A stretch of 64,000 nt of DNA from a virus (Duplodnaviria > Caudoviricetes): positions 23,046-87,045 of IMG/VR virus record IMGVR_UViG_2934390892_000001; one strand, 5' to 3'. Positions 17,920-27,598 of this stretch are shown piece by piece (the stretch's first letter is position 1; each line of letters starts with the position of its first letter). The position numbers and the translations under genes are program-made. The notes beneath the pieces are model-generated. The model had not been told where the DNA came from and did no database searches. It saw nothing but the letters and a program-made list of their open reading frames with translations.

Positions 17920-19269
17920 GTGGCCGTCAGGTTCAGCGCCTCCGGACAGCACTACACCGCCACCGCGGGACTGCCCGGCAACGTGTACACATTCACCGCA
18001 TGGGTGTGGTCTGCGGCGGTCGGCAGCCGGTACAGGGTCGTCTACTGGTTCCGGCAAACCAGCGGAGATCACTTCTCCGGGGTCGGCGTCCGAGACAACC
18101 CCGTCGACCTCCAGATGATGGAGGACGTCTCCTACTGGTTCTCTGGCGTCGGGCCACTCGCCGCATCAGCGCAAACCTGGTACCAGGTCGCCGCCGTCGT
18201 CAACGGAGCCAACGCCACCTTCTACCGATCAGCCGCAGGAGACCCGCTCGCCTCCGTGTCGGTGTCGAACTTCGCGCCCCCCGCAACACCCAACCAGTTG
18301 TGGCTCGGGACGGATGCTTTTGGCGGCTGGTGGGATGGCAGGATTGCCGCCGTCAAGGTGTGGGATGCAGCCCTGTCTCAAGCTGACGTGGAAGCAGAGC
18401 TCAGTCAGCAGCAGCCGAAACGCACCACCAATCTGATCCGCTGGCACCCGTTCGTCTCTGCGGAGCCGACCGACTACTCCGGTCTGGGCAACGACCTCAC
18501 GGGCGGCACCGGCGCGACGACCGAGGATGGTCCGCCCATCCCGTGGGGTTCCGCCGCCCCGATGCTCCTCTTGCCCGCTGCGGGTGGAGCCCCGGCCAAC
18601 GGAACCCTGTCGGCATCCCTGCCGCCGCTCTCGGCGACCATCAACGCCGCGGTCACCGTCAGCGGAACACTCGCTGGAACACTGCCCAGCCTCACAGCCG
18701 CCGCCACAGGTGCTTCCACGGCAGCGGGATCGCTCACCGCCATGCTGCCTCCGCTGACGATGGTGTCATCCGGTGCCGCCACCGCGTCGGGCGTTCTCAC
18801 CTCATCGCTTCCCGCCCTCACCGCCGACGTCTCAGCCAGCGTCGAAGTCGCGGGCCAGCTCGACGCGGCACTTCCCGCGCTGACCGGCGACCTGCAAGCG
18901 TCAGCCAAGAGCACAGGGATGCTCGCCGCTGGCCTGCCCGCGCTATCGGCCGTCCTTTCTGGCGCGGCTGGGGTTTCTGGCACCGCCGGTCTCTCGCTAC
19001 CGGGCTTGACCGCGAGCCTGGCCGGCGACGCCCGAGTGGCTGGGGACGCCACAGCTGTCCTACCCGCCCTATCCTGCACGCTGACCGGGCAGATCGTGAC
19101 ACCGCAAGGCGGACTGGCGGCCACCCTGCCATCCCTCGCCGCGGCTCTCGCCGGAACGTCCGACGGCGTCACACCCGTCGGCGTTCAAGTCTTGGTCGGC
19201 CCTCCACAGCTCGGCTGGCCTGTGGGGGTCGCCCGTTCGACCTGGCCCGTTGGGGGCCCCACGCTCTAG
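17920..19269 (+). CDS. LamG/ConA-like domain fibre protein with nine ~21-aa repeats and a Trp-spaced tail
   Basis: YTFTAWV...TWYQVAAV...WDGRIAAVKVWDAALS; G.L...LP.L repeats. Confidence 0.75.
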   Translation: MAVRFSASGQHYTATAGLPGNVYTFTAWVWSAAVGSRYRVVYWFRQTSGDHFSGVGVRDNPVDLQMMEDVSYWFSGVGPLAASAQTWYQVAAVVNGANATFYRSAAGDPLASVSVSNFAPPATPNQLWLGTDAFGGWWDGRIAAVKVWDAALSQADVEAELSQQQPKRTTNLIRWHPFVSAEPTDYSGLGNDLTGGTGATTEDGPPIPWGSAAPMLLLPAAGGAPANGTLSASLPPLSATINAAVTVSGTLAGTLPSLTAAATGASTAAGSLTAMLPPLTMVSSGAATASGVLTSSLPALTADVSASVEVAGQLDAALPALTGDLQASAKSTGMLAAGLPALSAVLSGAAGVSGTAGLSLPGLTASLAGDARVAGDATAVLPALSCTLTGQIVTPQGGLAATLPSLAAALAGTSDGVTPVGVQVLVGPPQLGWPVGVARSTWPVGGPTL

Positions 19270-19272
19270 GGG

Positions 19273-19557
19273 GTGACTGTGGCAACCGTCCCGGCCAGCA
19301 GCACCGAGTACCTGCACATCCCTGTCGCGGACGGCTCGGCCAGCATCGCGGGCGAGATCGCTGTCATCGACTCTTGCGCCGAACCCGTCGAAAGCGACTG
19401 GAAAGCAGCGGCCTGGGATGCCGGCTCCTACAAGCTGCTGATCGGCCCCGGAGGGGTTCTGACGCTCACCCAAGGCACGTACACGGCGTGGATACGCCTT
19501 GAGGCCCCACCTGAGAGCGTCGTTCGCCGCAGCGGCGCCGTCCGAGTTGGCCCCTAA
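19273..19557 (+). CDS. Small Ig-like adaptor protein (module B)
   Basis: PASSTEYLHIPV...DWKAAAW...LIGP. Confidence 0.65.
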   Translation: MTVATVPASSTEYLHIPVADGSASIAGEIAVIDSCAEPVESDWKAAAWDAGSYKLLIGPGGVLTLTQGTYTAWIRLEAPPESVVRRSGAVRVGP

Positions 19558-19613
19558 CCCGAAGCACGCCGCGTCTACGTCCATGCCTGATCCATGCGAT
19601 TCGAGGGGGATGA

Positions 19614-20297
19614 ATGAGCGATCTCCTGGTGATCGTCCCGAGCCGCGGACGTCCTCACAACATCGCCGACCTTTACGTCGCATGGAGCGAGACCACCCAC
19701 AGGGACGCCCACCCGCTGGTCGCGGTCGACGACGATGACCCGTCGCTGCCCGAATACCAGCGTGTGTGTTCGCTGACGGGCGTTGAACTGGAGGTCGGAC
19801 CGAGGCTGCGCCTCACGGGCACGCTCAACAAGGTCGCCAGCGAGCGAGCCCCACACCACAAGGCGATCGCGTTCATGGGCGACGATCACCGGCCTCGCAC
19901 GATCGGCTGGGACTCCCACATCATGGCGGCGCTCGACGGTCTTGGTACAGGCATCGTCTACGGCAACGACCTCTTGCAGGGCGAGAGGATGGCCACCGCC
20001 GTAGCGATGACTTCGAACATCGTGTCCACGCTCGGCTACATGGCCCCACCGCAGATGGTGCACCTCTGCCTCGACCTTTGCTGGGTGGACTGGGGTAAGG
20101 CGATCGACCGGCTCGCCTACCTGCCGGACACGGTCATCGAGCACATGCACCCAGCCGTCGGCAAAGCTCAAAGTGACCGTGGCTACGAAGAGGCCAACAG
20201 CCCCGAGCAAACAGCCGCCGACCACGCTGCCTACCAGGCGTACCGGCACGGGCCCGCGTTCGAGGCGGACGTGGAGAAGCTGAGGGCGCTGCTGTGA
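19614..20297 (+). CDS. GT-A fold (GT2-like) glycosyltransferase
   Basis: LVIVPSRGRP...VDDDD...FMGDDH.PRT.GWD...IEHMH. Confidence 0.8.
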   Translation: MSDLLVIVPSRGRPHNIADLYVAWSETTHRDAHPLVAVDDDDPSLPEYQRVCSLTGVELEVGPRLRLTGTLNKVASERAPHHKAIAFMGDDHRPRTIGWDSHIMAALDGLGTGIVYGNDLLQGERMATAVAMTSNIVSTLGYMAPPQMVHLCLDLCWVDWGKAIDRLAYLPDTVIEHMHPAVGKAQSDRGYEEANSPEQTAADHAAYQAYRHGPAFEADVEKLRALL

Positions 20298-21163
20298 AAG
20301 TCCTCATCACCGGCTCGTCAGGGTTCGTCGGCCGGCACTTCGTCCACGCCTTGGACGGCCACGACCTTCACCTGGTCGACGTGGTCACGGGAACGGACGT
20401 CCGTGACTTCTTCCGGCTCAACCACACCCGGTTCGACCTCGTCATCCACCTCGCCGCAGTCGTCGGGGGCCGAGCCCAGATCGAAGGCGCTCCGCTGTCG
20501 CTTGCCGTGGACCTGGCGATCGACGCCGACATGTTCACGTGGGCGCTGAGGACCCGACCACGACGGATCGTCTACTTCTCGTCGTCGGCCGCGTACCCGA
20601 TCGACCTGCAAAACGACTACGCCCGCCCCCGTGCGATGCGCGAGCAGGATCTGAAGCTGTCGGGCAACATCGGCAACCCGGACATGACGTACGGCTGGGC
20701 GAAACTCTCCGGAGAGCAGCTCGCCCACCACGCCGAGAACGAGGGCCTGCGCGTCCACGTGTTCCGGCCGTTCTCCGGCTACGGCGAAGACCAAGACCTC
20801 GCCTACCCGTTCCCGGCGTTCATCCGCCGCGCCGCCACCAGGCAGGACCCGTTCACCATCTGGGGCGACGGCAACCAGGTCCGCGACTGGATCCACATCT
20901 CGGACATCGTGGCCGCCACGCTGACCGCCATCGAGGAGGACGTGCCCGGACCGGTCAACCTGTGCACCGGCCGGGACACCTCCTTCAACGAGCTCGCCCG
21001 CCTCGTGTGCCAGCAAGCCGGGTACGAGCCGACGCTGAAGCACGTCCTGGACGCACCCCAAGGCGTCGCCTACAGGGTCGGAGACCCGGCCAAGCTGAAC
21101 GCCTTCTATACGCCGAAGGTCGAGTTGGAAGAAGGCATCAGACGCGCTCTCAAGGCCGCCTGA
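20294..21163 (+). CDS. NAD-dependent nucleotide-sugar epimerase/dehydratase
   Basis: TGSSGFVG Rossmann motif, SSSAAY, YGWAK (YxxxK), GDGNQVRDWIH. Confidence 0.92.
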   Translation: MKVLITGSSGFVGRHFVHALDGHDLHLVDVVTGTDVRDFFRLNHTRFDLVIHLAAVVGGRAQIEGAPLSLAVDLAIDADMFTWALRTRPRRIVYFSSSAAYPIDLQNDYARPRAMREQDLKLSGNIGNPDMTYGWAKLSGEQLAHHAENEGLRVHVFRPFSGYGEDQDLAYPFPAFIRRAATRQDPFTIWGDGNQVRDWIHISDIVAATLTAIEEDVPGPVNLCTGRDTSFNELARLVCQQAGYEPTLKHVLDAPQGVAYRVGDPAKLNAFYTPKVELEEGIRRALKAA

Positions 21164-21201
21164 CAGCCAAGGATCCTCCAGGTAGCTCCTGGAGGTCAGA
21201 G

Positions 21202-21231
21202 AGCCCCGGCTTCCTCATGAGTCGGGGCTCT
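21202..21231. terminator. Hairpin after the epimerase
   Basis: GAGCCCCGGC...GTCGGGGCTC. Confidence 0.55.
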
Positions 21232-21253
21232 CGCCACACCATGAGGAGAACCG

Positions 21254-21619
21254 ATGCACCGAGAAGAAGCGATCGTGGAGTTCTTTCGCGCACGCCTGAC
21301 CGATGAAGAGCAGCACGTTGAGCGGATCAAGAGCTACGGCGGGTGCTGCGCTGGGTGCTTCTGCGGGTGCTCCGGACTGGCCGCCATAGAGGCCGTGATC
21401 GAGGCGGATCGGGCGCTGCTTGAGCGCTACGACTACTGCGTGAGGATGGGCGGATGTCCCGGCAACGAAGATCTCGACGCAGCGCTGAATGAGTACGAGA
21501 TGCACACATTCCCGCTCCGCATCGCCCGCTTCTCCGACCACCCTGTCTACGCAACCCTGGCCTTGGACGGCCGCTGGATCGAAGCGAACTATGTCGCGGC
21601 GAGAGATGCGAGTGCCTGA
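21254..21619 (+). CDS. DUF6221-like protein
   Basis: EFFRARLTDEE...IEADRALLERY...RFSDHP.Y. Confidence 0.65.
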   Translation: MHREEAIVEFFRARLTDEEQHVERIKSYGGCCAGCFCGCSGLAAIEAVIEADRALLERYDYCVRMGGCPGNEDLDAALNEYEMHTFPLRIARFSDHPVYATLALDGRWIEANYVAARDASA

Positions 21620-21819
21620 TGCGCATCCAGATCCTTCTGCCCCCACCCGTCGAAGTACCGTCGGCCAACCTGGCGAGAGCCGTACACGCCGCCTGTCACC
21701 CAAGCCCTCCACTAAACACGCAGCCAGACCCCGAGATGGACCGCGTGGCAGCCGAGCTCAAGGACGTACTCCCTGAGCTTGTCCGCTACTGGACTGGCAC
21801 CCTCGATGAGGTGGTCTGA
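21619..21819 (+). CDS. Hypothetical protein
   Basis: TGATG overlap; begins MRIQILLP. Confidence 0.45.
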   Translation: MRIQILLPPPVEVPSANLARAVHAACHPSPPLNTQPDPEMDRVAAELKDVLPELVRYWTGTLDEVV

Positions 21820-21820
21820 G

Positions 21821-22030
21821 GTGCGCATTCAGATCCTTCCTCTCCCGTCCGTCGTCAGACGAGTCCTCGGAGTGGCCCTGATCGCGCTCCCCGTCGTTGT
21901 ATTCCTGAAGTCCATGGTCATCAACAGGGGCTGGGCGTACGTCATCACGGTGCTCGCCATCACAGCCCTTTCAGTCGGCTGCATCGTAGGTGGCAATTAC
22001 CTTCTGGCATCTACGAAGAAGAGCCGATAG
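21821..22030 (+). CDS. Small two-TM membrane protein
   Basis: GAGGTGG RBS; begins MRIQILPLP; two hydrophobic helices. Confidence 0.55.
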   Translation: MRIQILPLPSVVRRVLGVALIALPVVVFLKSMVINRGWAYVITVLAITALSVGCIVGGNYLLASTKKSR

Positions 22031-22051
22031 AGGAGACCTCGGGGAACGCAC

Positions 22052-22159
22052 ATGGCCTGCCTCCCCTTCACGCACAAGTGGGTCACGGTCGAACGGATCG
22101 GCAAGGTAATCCACCAGCGTTGCTCCAAGTGCGGCAACACCCGCGTACGCGTCCAGTAG
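22052..22159 (+). CDS. 35-aa Zn-ribbon protein (not in the ORF track)
   Basis: MACLPFTHKW...QRCSKCGNTR. Confidence 0.5.
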   Translation: MACLPFTHKWVTVERIGKVIHQRCSKCGNTRVRVQ

Positions 22160-22179
22160 CCCACCCAGGGGGTGCTCTC

Positions 22180-22485
22180 ATGGCAGCCCCTTCCTGGCGG
22201 ACCACTCCGAAGCCTCAAGGGTGGGGGGCTATCAGACAGCGCATCCTCAAACGGGACAATCACGCCTGCCAGATGCCTACCCCCCTGGGGGTGTGCGGGG
22301 CCTGGGCTAACGAGGTGGACCACATCACCCCCGCCTCGCTGGGGGGGTCTGATGAGCCGGCGAATCTCAGGTCCCTGTGTGGCCCCCACCACAAGGTGAA
22401 GAGCTCACGCGAGGGCGGCCAGGCGTCGGCAGCCAAGCGGATCCCACGCAACAGGCCGGCTGAACAACACCCCGGACTCCGCTGA
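22180..22485 (+). CDS. Packaging-associated HNH endonuclease
   Basis: W..IRQRILKRDNHACQ...EVDHI...NLRSLC..HHKVKS. Confidence 0.9.
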   Translation: MAAPSWRTTPKPQGWGAIRQRILKRDNHACQMPTPLGVCGAWANEVDHITPASLGGSDEPANLRSLCGPHHKVKSSREGGQASAAKRIPRNRPAEQHPGLR

Positions 22486-22581
22486 CCACACCACGAAACC
22501 GAGCACAGAGCGTCGCAAAGGTCTCCGATCCGCCGGGCTTTATGCCTACCCACAGTGATAACCGCAGGACGGGAGACGGCC

Positions 22582-22725
22582 ATGGACATCGTCATCCTTC
22601 TCGCAGCCCTAGCCTTCCTCGCTGCCACCATCTGGTCAGCCATCCAGAAGGCATGGCCACTCGCACTCCTCGGCCTCGGCGCCTTCCTCCTCGTACTCCA
22701 CGCGAGCGGACTCATCACCACGTGA
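22582..22725 (+). CDS. 47-aa membrane protein (not in the ORF track)
   Basis: GGGAG RBS; MDIVILLAALAFLAATIWSAIQKAWPLALLGLGAFLLVL. Confidence 0.55.
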   Translation: MDIVILLAALAFLAATIWSAIQKAWPLALLGLGAFLLVLHASGLITT

Positions 22726-22880
22726 GCCTGCACATCGTCCCGGTCGGCGACCTGATCGAGCACGCCACCACAAGCGAATGTCCGTGCAAACCGCGAGACC
22801 AGTCAGTGAAACGGGACGACGGCAGCGTCCGACGGCTCGTCGTGCATCACAGGATCGACGGCAGAGAACAGAACGAGTGA
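22722..22880 (+). CDS. Small His/Cys phage protein
   Basis: HIVPVGDLIEH...CPC.P...VVHH..DGRE. Confidence 0.65.
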   Translation: MSLHIVPVGDLIEHATTSECPCKPRDQSVKRDDGSVRRLVVHHRIDGREQNE

Positions 22881-23086
22881 CCAGCGCGCCCCGCACCACG
22901 CCGCGACCATGAGACGCAAATGCGACAAGCCGGACGAACTCCATACATGTAGGGTCAGACGGTTTCCGCAGGTCAGAGCCACAAGGTGGGGTATGCCCCC
23001 TTTGTCCGTTTCTTCCCCGCCCGGTCCGGCATAGCACCTCCGGCTCTGTACGGGTTGTCAAGCCCACCAAGCACGTCGAGTCAGAT

Positions 23087-23193
23087 GCGGCGACATGCTG
23101 CGCCTGGCTAGCTGTTCACCCCTTCAGGTGATCGCTTTCGACCATCCAATCAAGTCCCCGACATGGGGGCTTGTCGTCGTCCCGACATGGGAG
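23087..23193 (+). promoter_or_regulatory. Three GACAT-loop hairpins in the terS leader
   Basis: GCGGC-GACAT-GCTGC; CAAGTCCCC-GACAT-GGGGGCTTG; TCCC-GACAT-GGGA covering the RBS. Confidence 0.75.
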
Positions 23194-23200
23194 AACTGAG

Positions 23201-23638
23201 ATGGCGCGATCCACGGGCCCTGTCCCGAAGCGCAGTTCTGAACGCCGCCGGCGCAACAAGCCGGAAGGCGTCGAAGTAATGTCCGTCCCTGTCCCCGAGC
23301 AACAGCCGGTGGTGCGCCCGCTCGCCGACGAGTCCTGGCATCAGATTGCTCGCGACTGGTACGACTCGCTGGCCGAGTCCGGGCAGGCCGTGTTCTATGA
23401 GCCGTCGGACTGGGCGACCGCGCGCTATGTGGCCGAGGCCATGTCGCGCGGGCTGCAGGCGTCGAGGTTCTCGGCGCAACTGTTCGCCGCGGTGTCGTCG
23501 GCGATGACCGAGCTCCTCACGACGGAAGGCGCTCGTCGGCGTGCCCGCCTTGAAATTGAGCGGGGCAAGCCTGGCGAGAGTGAGAAGCCGGCCGGTGTGA
23601 CGGCGCTCGATGACTATCGCACCGCCCTCGGGGGCTGA
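23201..23638 (+). CDS. terS: Terminase small subunit
   Basis: GPVPKRS.ERRRRNKP...WH.IA..WY.SL.ESGQA.FYEPSDW...LL.TEG.RRR.R.E. Confidence 0.9.
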   Translation: MARSTGPVPKRSSERRRRNKPEGVEVMSVPVPEQQPVVRPLADESWHQIARDWYDSLAESGQAVFYEPSDWATARYVAEAMSRGLQASRFSAQLFAAVSSAMTELLTTEGARRRARLEIERGKPGESEKPAGVTALDDYRTALGG

Positions 23639-25370
23639 CGGGCTCGCGGTTGATCTCGACGCTCTTGAGCCGGTCCGGATCGGGCCGACGTGGGAGCGGG
23701 ACCCTGACCATCCGAGTGGGTGGCGGCTGCCGGAGTTGACACTCGGCTGGGACATCGTGATGTGGCAGGCTGACAACCTGCAGCATTCGACGGGTCAGCC
23801 GTGGCGATACACGCCTGAGCAGTTGCGGTTCGTCTTGTGGTGGTACGCGGTGACGCCGGAGCTGCGGTGGGTGTACCGGGATGGCGTCCTGCAACGCCTC
23901 AAAGGCTGGGGCAAAGATCCGGTAGCCGCGACTCTTTCGGGTACTGAGTTTGTGGGTCCGTGCCGGCCTGACAGGTCTGGCCGCACTGTGCGGGATCCGT
24001 GGGGGAACGAGCATCCAGCCGGTGTCCCGCATCCGGAGGCGTGGGTTCAGATCGCCGCCGTGTCGAAGGATCAGACCCGGAACACGATGACCCTGTTCCC
24101 GTCGCTCTTCACAAAAGCGGCGATCAAGCGGTACTCCATCGACCTCGGCAAAGAGATCATCTACGCGCACAAGGGCGCCAAACGCATCGAGGCCGTCACG
24201 TCCTCGCCGCGGGCGCTTGAGGGCGGCCGGCCAACGTTCACACTGCGGAACGAGCCCCATCACTGGCTCTCCAACAATGAGGGCCACGAGATGGACGCGG
24301 TCATCGACCGGAACGCCGTCAAGTCCTCTGACGGCATGTCCCGGCCGCTGTCCATCACGAATGCCTACGAGCCTGGCGAAGACTCCGTCGCCGAGCGGGC
24401 CCGAGACGCCTACGAACTGATCCTGGCTGGCAAGTCGTTAGCGACCGGGATCTTGTACGACTCGCTTGAGGCGCCGCCGGAAGCGCCGCTGTCAGCAGAG
24501 GCCGCCCCGAAGGTGGTCGAGCTGATCCGTGGCGACTCCACATGGCTGGATGTGCCGCGCATCGTGCAGGCCATCCTCGACCCGCGTAACCCTCCTAGCA
24601 GGTCGAGGCGGTTCTGGTACAACCAGATCGTCGCAGCGGAGGACGCGTGGATCGCGCCCTACCAGTGGGATGCGCTGGCCAAAGCGGACCGGCTCGTCGA
24701 GGACGGCGAAGTCGTCACGATGTTCTTCGACGGCTCCAAGTCGGACGACGCCACAGTCCTGGTGGGGTGTTGCGTCTCTGACGGGCACGTGTTCCTCATC
24801 GACCACTGGCAGCGTCCTGCCGGGCTGGACTCGAAACTGCCGTGGGTGGTGCCTCGCGAGCAGGTGGACGCCGCTGTGGATCGGGCGTTCGACCGATGGC
24901 GGGTGTGCGCGTTCTCTGCGGACCCCGGGTCTGGCGAGGACGAGTCGGGGGAGCGGTTCTGGGACGGCTTCATCGACGGATGGGGCATCCGCCACGGCGA
25001 CGCCCTGGTCATCAAGGCCACGGTGACGGCCGGTAGTCATCACCCGGTGATGTGGGACATGCGTGCCACGGTCCGGCAGCAGGAGTTCACCGAAGCCACG
25101 GAACGCTGCTTCTCCGACATCACTAGCACGCTCACGCTGACCCATGACGGCAACCGGGTTCTTCGTCAGCATGCCGTGAACGCGCGCCGCCGGCCGAACC
25201 GGTGGGGTGTCGCGATCGGCAAGGAGCACCGCGAATCCCCCCGGAAGATCGACGCCGTGGTGGGTGTGATCGGCGCCCGGATGATCCGCAGAAAGCTGCT
25301 GGCGTCGCCGGAGTGGAAGAAGCAGGCAACCAAGAAGCCGCGGACGGGCCGCGTTTACGGATTCGCTTAG
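23610..25370 (+). CDS. terL: Terminase large subunit
   Basis: RLKGWGKDP Walker A, QIAAVSKDQT, LEGGRPTF..NE.HHW, FDGSKSDDAT, KIDA. Confidence 0.95.
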   Translation: MTIAPPSGADGLAVDLDALEPVRIGPTWERDPDHPSGWRLPELTLGWDIVMWQADNLQHSTGQPWRYTPEQLRFVLWWYAVTPELRWVYRDGVLQRLKGWGKDPVAATLSGTEFVGPCRPDRSGRTVRDPWGNEHPAGVPHPEAWVQIAAVSKDQTRNTMTLFPSLFTKAAIKRYSIDLGKEIIYAHKGAKRIEAVTSSPRALEGGRPTFTLRNEPHHWLSNNEGHEMDAVIDRNAVKSSDGMSRPLSITNAYEPGEDSVAERARDAYELILAGKSLATGILYDSLEAPPEAPLSAEAAPKVVELIRGDSTWLDVPRIVQAILDPRNPPSRSRRFWYNQIVAAEDAWIAPYQWDALAKADRLVEDGEVVTMFFDGSKSDDATVLVGCCVSDGHVFLIDHWQRPAGLDSKLPWVVPREQVDAAVDRAFDRWRVCAFSADPGSGEDESGERFWDGFIDGWGIRHGDALVIKATVTAGSHHPVMWDMRATVRQQEFTEATERCFSDITSTLTLTHDGNRVLRQHAVNARRRPNRWGVAIGKEHRESPRKIDAVVGVIGARMIRRKLLASPEWKKQATKKPRTGRVYGFA

Positions 25371-25378
25371 GAGATCTG

Positions 25379-26782
25379 GTGGCGCTCACGCAGGAACAGG
25401 CTGAAGCCACCGTCCGGACGCTCCTTGAACTGCGTAGGCCGGAGCAGGACCGTCTGCAGTGGATCGCCGCCTACGTGCGGGGCGATCACAGCAGCGTGTA
25501 CGTGCCGCGTAGCGCGCGGGATGAGTACAAGTGGCTGCTGCAGCGAGCCAAGGTCAACATGTTGCGGCTGGTCGTGACGGTCGTCGCGCAGAACCTGTAC
25601 GTGGACGGCTACCGGGCTACCGGGGTCGACGAGAACGCGGACCCGTGGAAGATCTGGCAGGCGAATCGGATGGACGCCCGCCAGCACGGGATTCACCGGG
25701 CGGCGCTGAAGTACGGGATCTCGTATGCGACGGTGCTGCCCGGCGAGCCGGTCCCTGTGATCACTCCGATGTCGCCGCGGCGTATGACGGCGTTCTACAG
25801 CGACCCGGTCAACGACGAGTGGCCACTGTTCGCGGTCGAGGTGACCAGCGAGAAGGCCAAGGGCGACGACGGGCGGCTGGTGACGCGGAAACTCGTCCGG
25901 CTGTACGACGAGCAGAGCACCTACCGGTTCGTGAGTGACGCTGAAGGGCGCCGCCTTGAGGCGGGCAGGGTCGACGACCACGAGATGGGCGTCTGCCCGG
26001 TGGTGCGTTACCTCAACGAGGTCGACCTGGATGAGGACGAGGCTGTTGCGGGTGAGGTCGAGCCGTTGATCCATCTCCAGGATCAGATCAACTCGACCAC
26101 GTTCAACCTGCTGATGGCGCAGCAGTACGCGGCTTTCAGGCAACGCTGGGTGACCGGCATGGCGCCGGAGCTGGACTCCGAGGGCCGCCCGATCGAGCCG
26201 TTCCGGGCGGGCGTGGACAGGCTGTTCATGGCCGTGGACTCGGACACTAAGTTCGGCGAGTTCGGCGAGACCTCTCTTGAGGGCTATCTGAAGTCCCGCG
26301 AGGAGTCGATCCGTGAAATGGCGACCATTTCGCAGACGCCGCCCTACTACCTGCTCGGTCAGATGGCCAACCTGTCCGCCGAGTCGCTGGTGGCGGCCCG
26401 AGACGGCCTCGACCGCAAGGTGGAGGAACGCAAGAGCTCGTTCGGCGAGTCTCACGAGCAGATACTGCGGCTGGCGGGCCTGGCGAGCGGCAACAAGGAC
26501 GCCTGGCAGGACGAAGCGGCGCAGGTCGTGTGGCGCGACACCTCCAGCCGGGCGCTCGCCGCCACCGTGGATGCGCTCGGCAAGCTGTCGCAGATGCTCG
26601 GGGTGCCGCAGCAGGAGCTGTGGGAGAAGATCCCGGGCGTCACTCAGACGGACGTAGCCAGGTGGAAGATCACCGCTGGGCAGGCGGACGCGTTCGCTCA
26701 ACTGAACCAGATGCTCGAACGGCAGATGGACCCCGCCGACGCTCGCGAGCCGGAGTTGGCGGATGGCCAGCCCGCAGGCTGA
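25379..26782 (+). CDS. Portal protein
   Basis: W.IWQANRMDARQ..IHRAAL.YG, CPVVRY.N, AFRQRWVTG; follows terL. Confidence 0.92.
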   Translation: MALTQEQAEATVRTLLELRRPEQDRLQWIAAYVRGDHSSVYVPRSARDEYKWLLQRAKVNMLRLVVTVVAQNLYVDGYRATGVDENADPWKIWQANRMDARQHGIHRAALKYGISYATVLPGEPVPVITPMSPRRMTAFYSDPVNDEWPLFAVEVTSEKAKGDDGRLVTRKLVRLYDEQSTYRFVSDAEGRRLEAGRVDDHEMGVCPVVRYLNEVDLDEDEAVAGEVEPLIHLQDQINSTTFNLLMAQQYAAFRQRWVTGMAPELDSEGRPIEPFRAGVDRLFMAVDSDTKFGEFGETSLEGYLKSREESIREMATISQTPPYYLLGQMANLSAESLVAARDGLDRKVEERKSSFGESHEQILRLAGLASGNKDAWQDEAAQVVWRDTSSRALAATVDALGKLSQMLGVPQQELWEKIPGVTQTDVARWKITAGQADAFAQLNQMLERQMDPADAREPELADGQPAG

Positions 26783-27500
26783 GCGCCTCGCCGAGCAGCA
26801 CCGCGTCCAGCAGGTCACGCTCCGCGCTGGCGTGAGCCGCGACGTGGTTGCTCTGCTGCGGGACCTGTTCGACGTCGACAACGCTGACCGCACCTGGCCG
26901 GCCATCCGGTCGATGCTTGCGGCCATGGCCCAGCAGCAACACGGCACGTCGGCCACGTTGGCGAACACCTACTACGGGCAGGCCCGCATCGAGGCTGGCG
27001 CGGACGGCTCGTTCCTTCCGATCACCCCGGCTGCTCTGGCCGAGGAACTGCTGAAAGTCGTGCTGGACGCGACCGGGATCGCCGCGTTCAAGCGGGCCAT
27101 CTCCCTCGGTAAAACCCCTGCGGAGGCGCTGCAGATCGCTGGCGTCACCCTGTCCGGGGCGGTGTCGAGGCTGGTCTTGTCCGGCGGCCGGGACGCGATC
27201 CTCGGCAACGTGCGCGAGGACCGGCAGGCGGTCGGCTGGGCGCGGTTGACGGACGCCCACCCGTGCGCCTTCTGCGCGATGCTCGCCTCACGCGGGCCGG
27301 TCTACCGGTCCAAGCAGACGGCCAAATTCGAGGCCCACGACCACTGCGCGTGCATGCCTGTCGCCGCCTGGTCCCGAGATGAGGCGTGGCTGCAGCACAG
27401 CCGCGACCTGTACGAGCAGTGGCAGGACGTCACTCAAGGGCACAGCGGCGCGGATGCCCGCCGAGTCTGGCGCCGCCACTGGGACGACCGCGCAACCTGA
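26763..27500 (+). CDS. MuF-like minor head protein
   Basis: WARL....CAFCAMLASRGPVY...HDHCAC. Confidence 0.8.
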   Translation: MASPQAERLAEQHRVQQVTLRAGVSRDVVALLRDLFDVDNADRTWPAIRSMLAAMAQQQHGTSATLANTYYGQARIEAGADGSFLPITPAALAEELLKVVLDATGIAAFKRAISLGKTPAEALQIAGVTLSGAVSRLVLSGGRDAILGNVREDRQAVGWARLTDAHPCAFCAMLASRGPVYRSKQTAKFEAHDHCACMPVAAWSRDEAWLQHSRDLYEQWQDVTQGHSGADARRVWRRHWDDRAT

Positions 27501-27511
27501 TCTTCCTTTCC

Positions 27512-27591
27512 GGGCTGGAGCCGACATGGCGTCCGGCCCTCACGCATGCCCCCAACCCCTGCCGACATGGCGGGCTGTCCCGACATGGGAG
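27512..27591 (+). promoter_or_regulatory. Three GACAT-loop hairpins in the scaffold leader
   Basis: Loops at 27523, 27564 and 27582; the last stem contains the GGGAG RBS. Confidence 0.75.
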
Positions 27592-27598
27592 TTACCGA

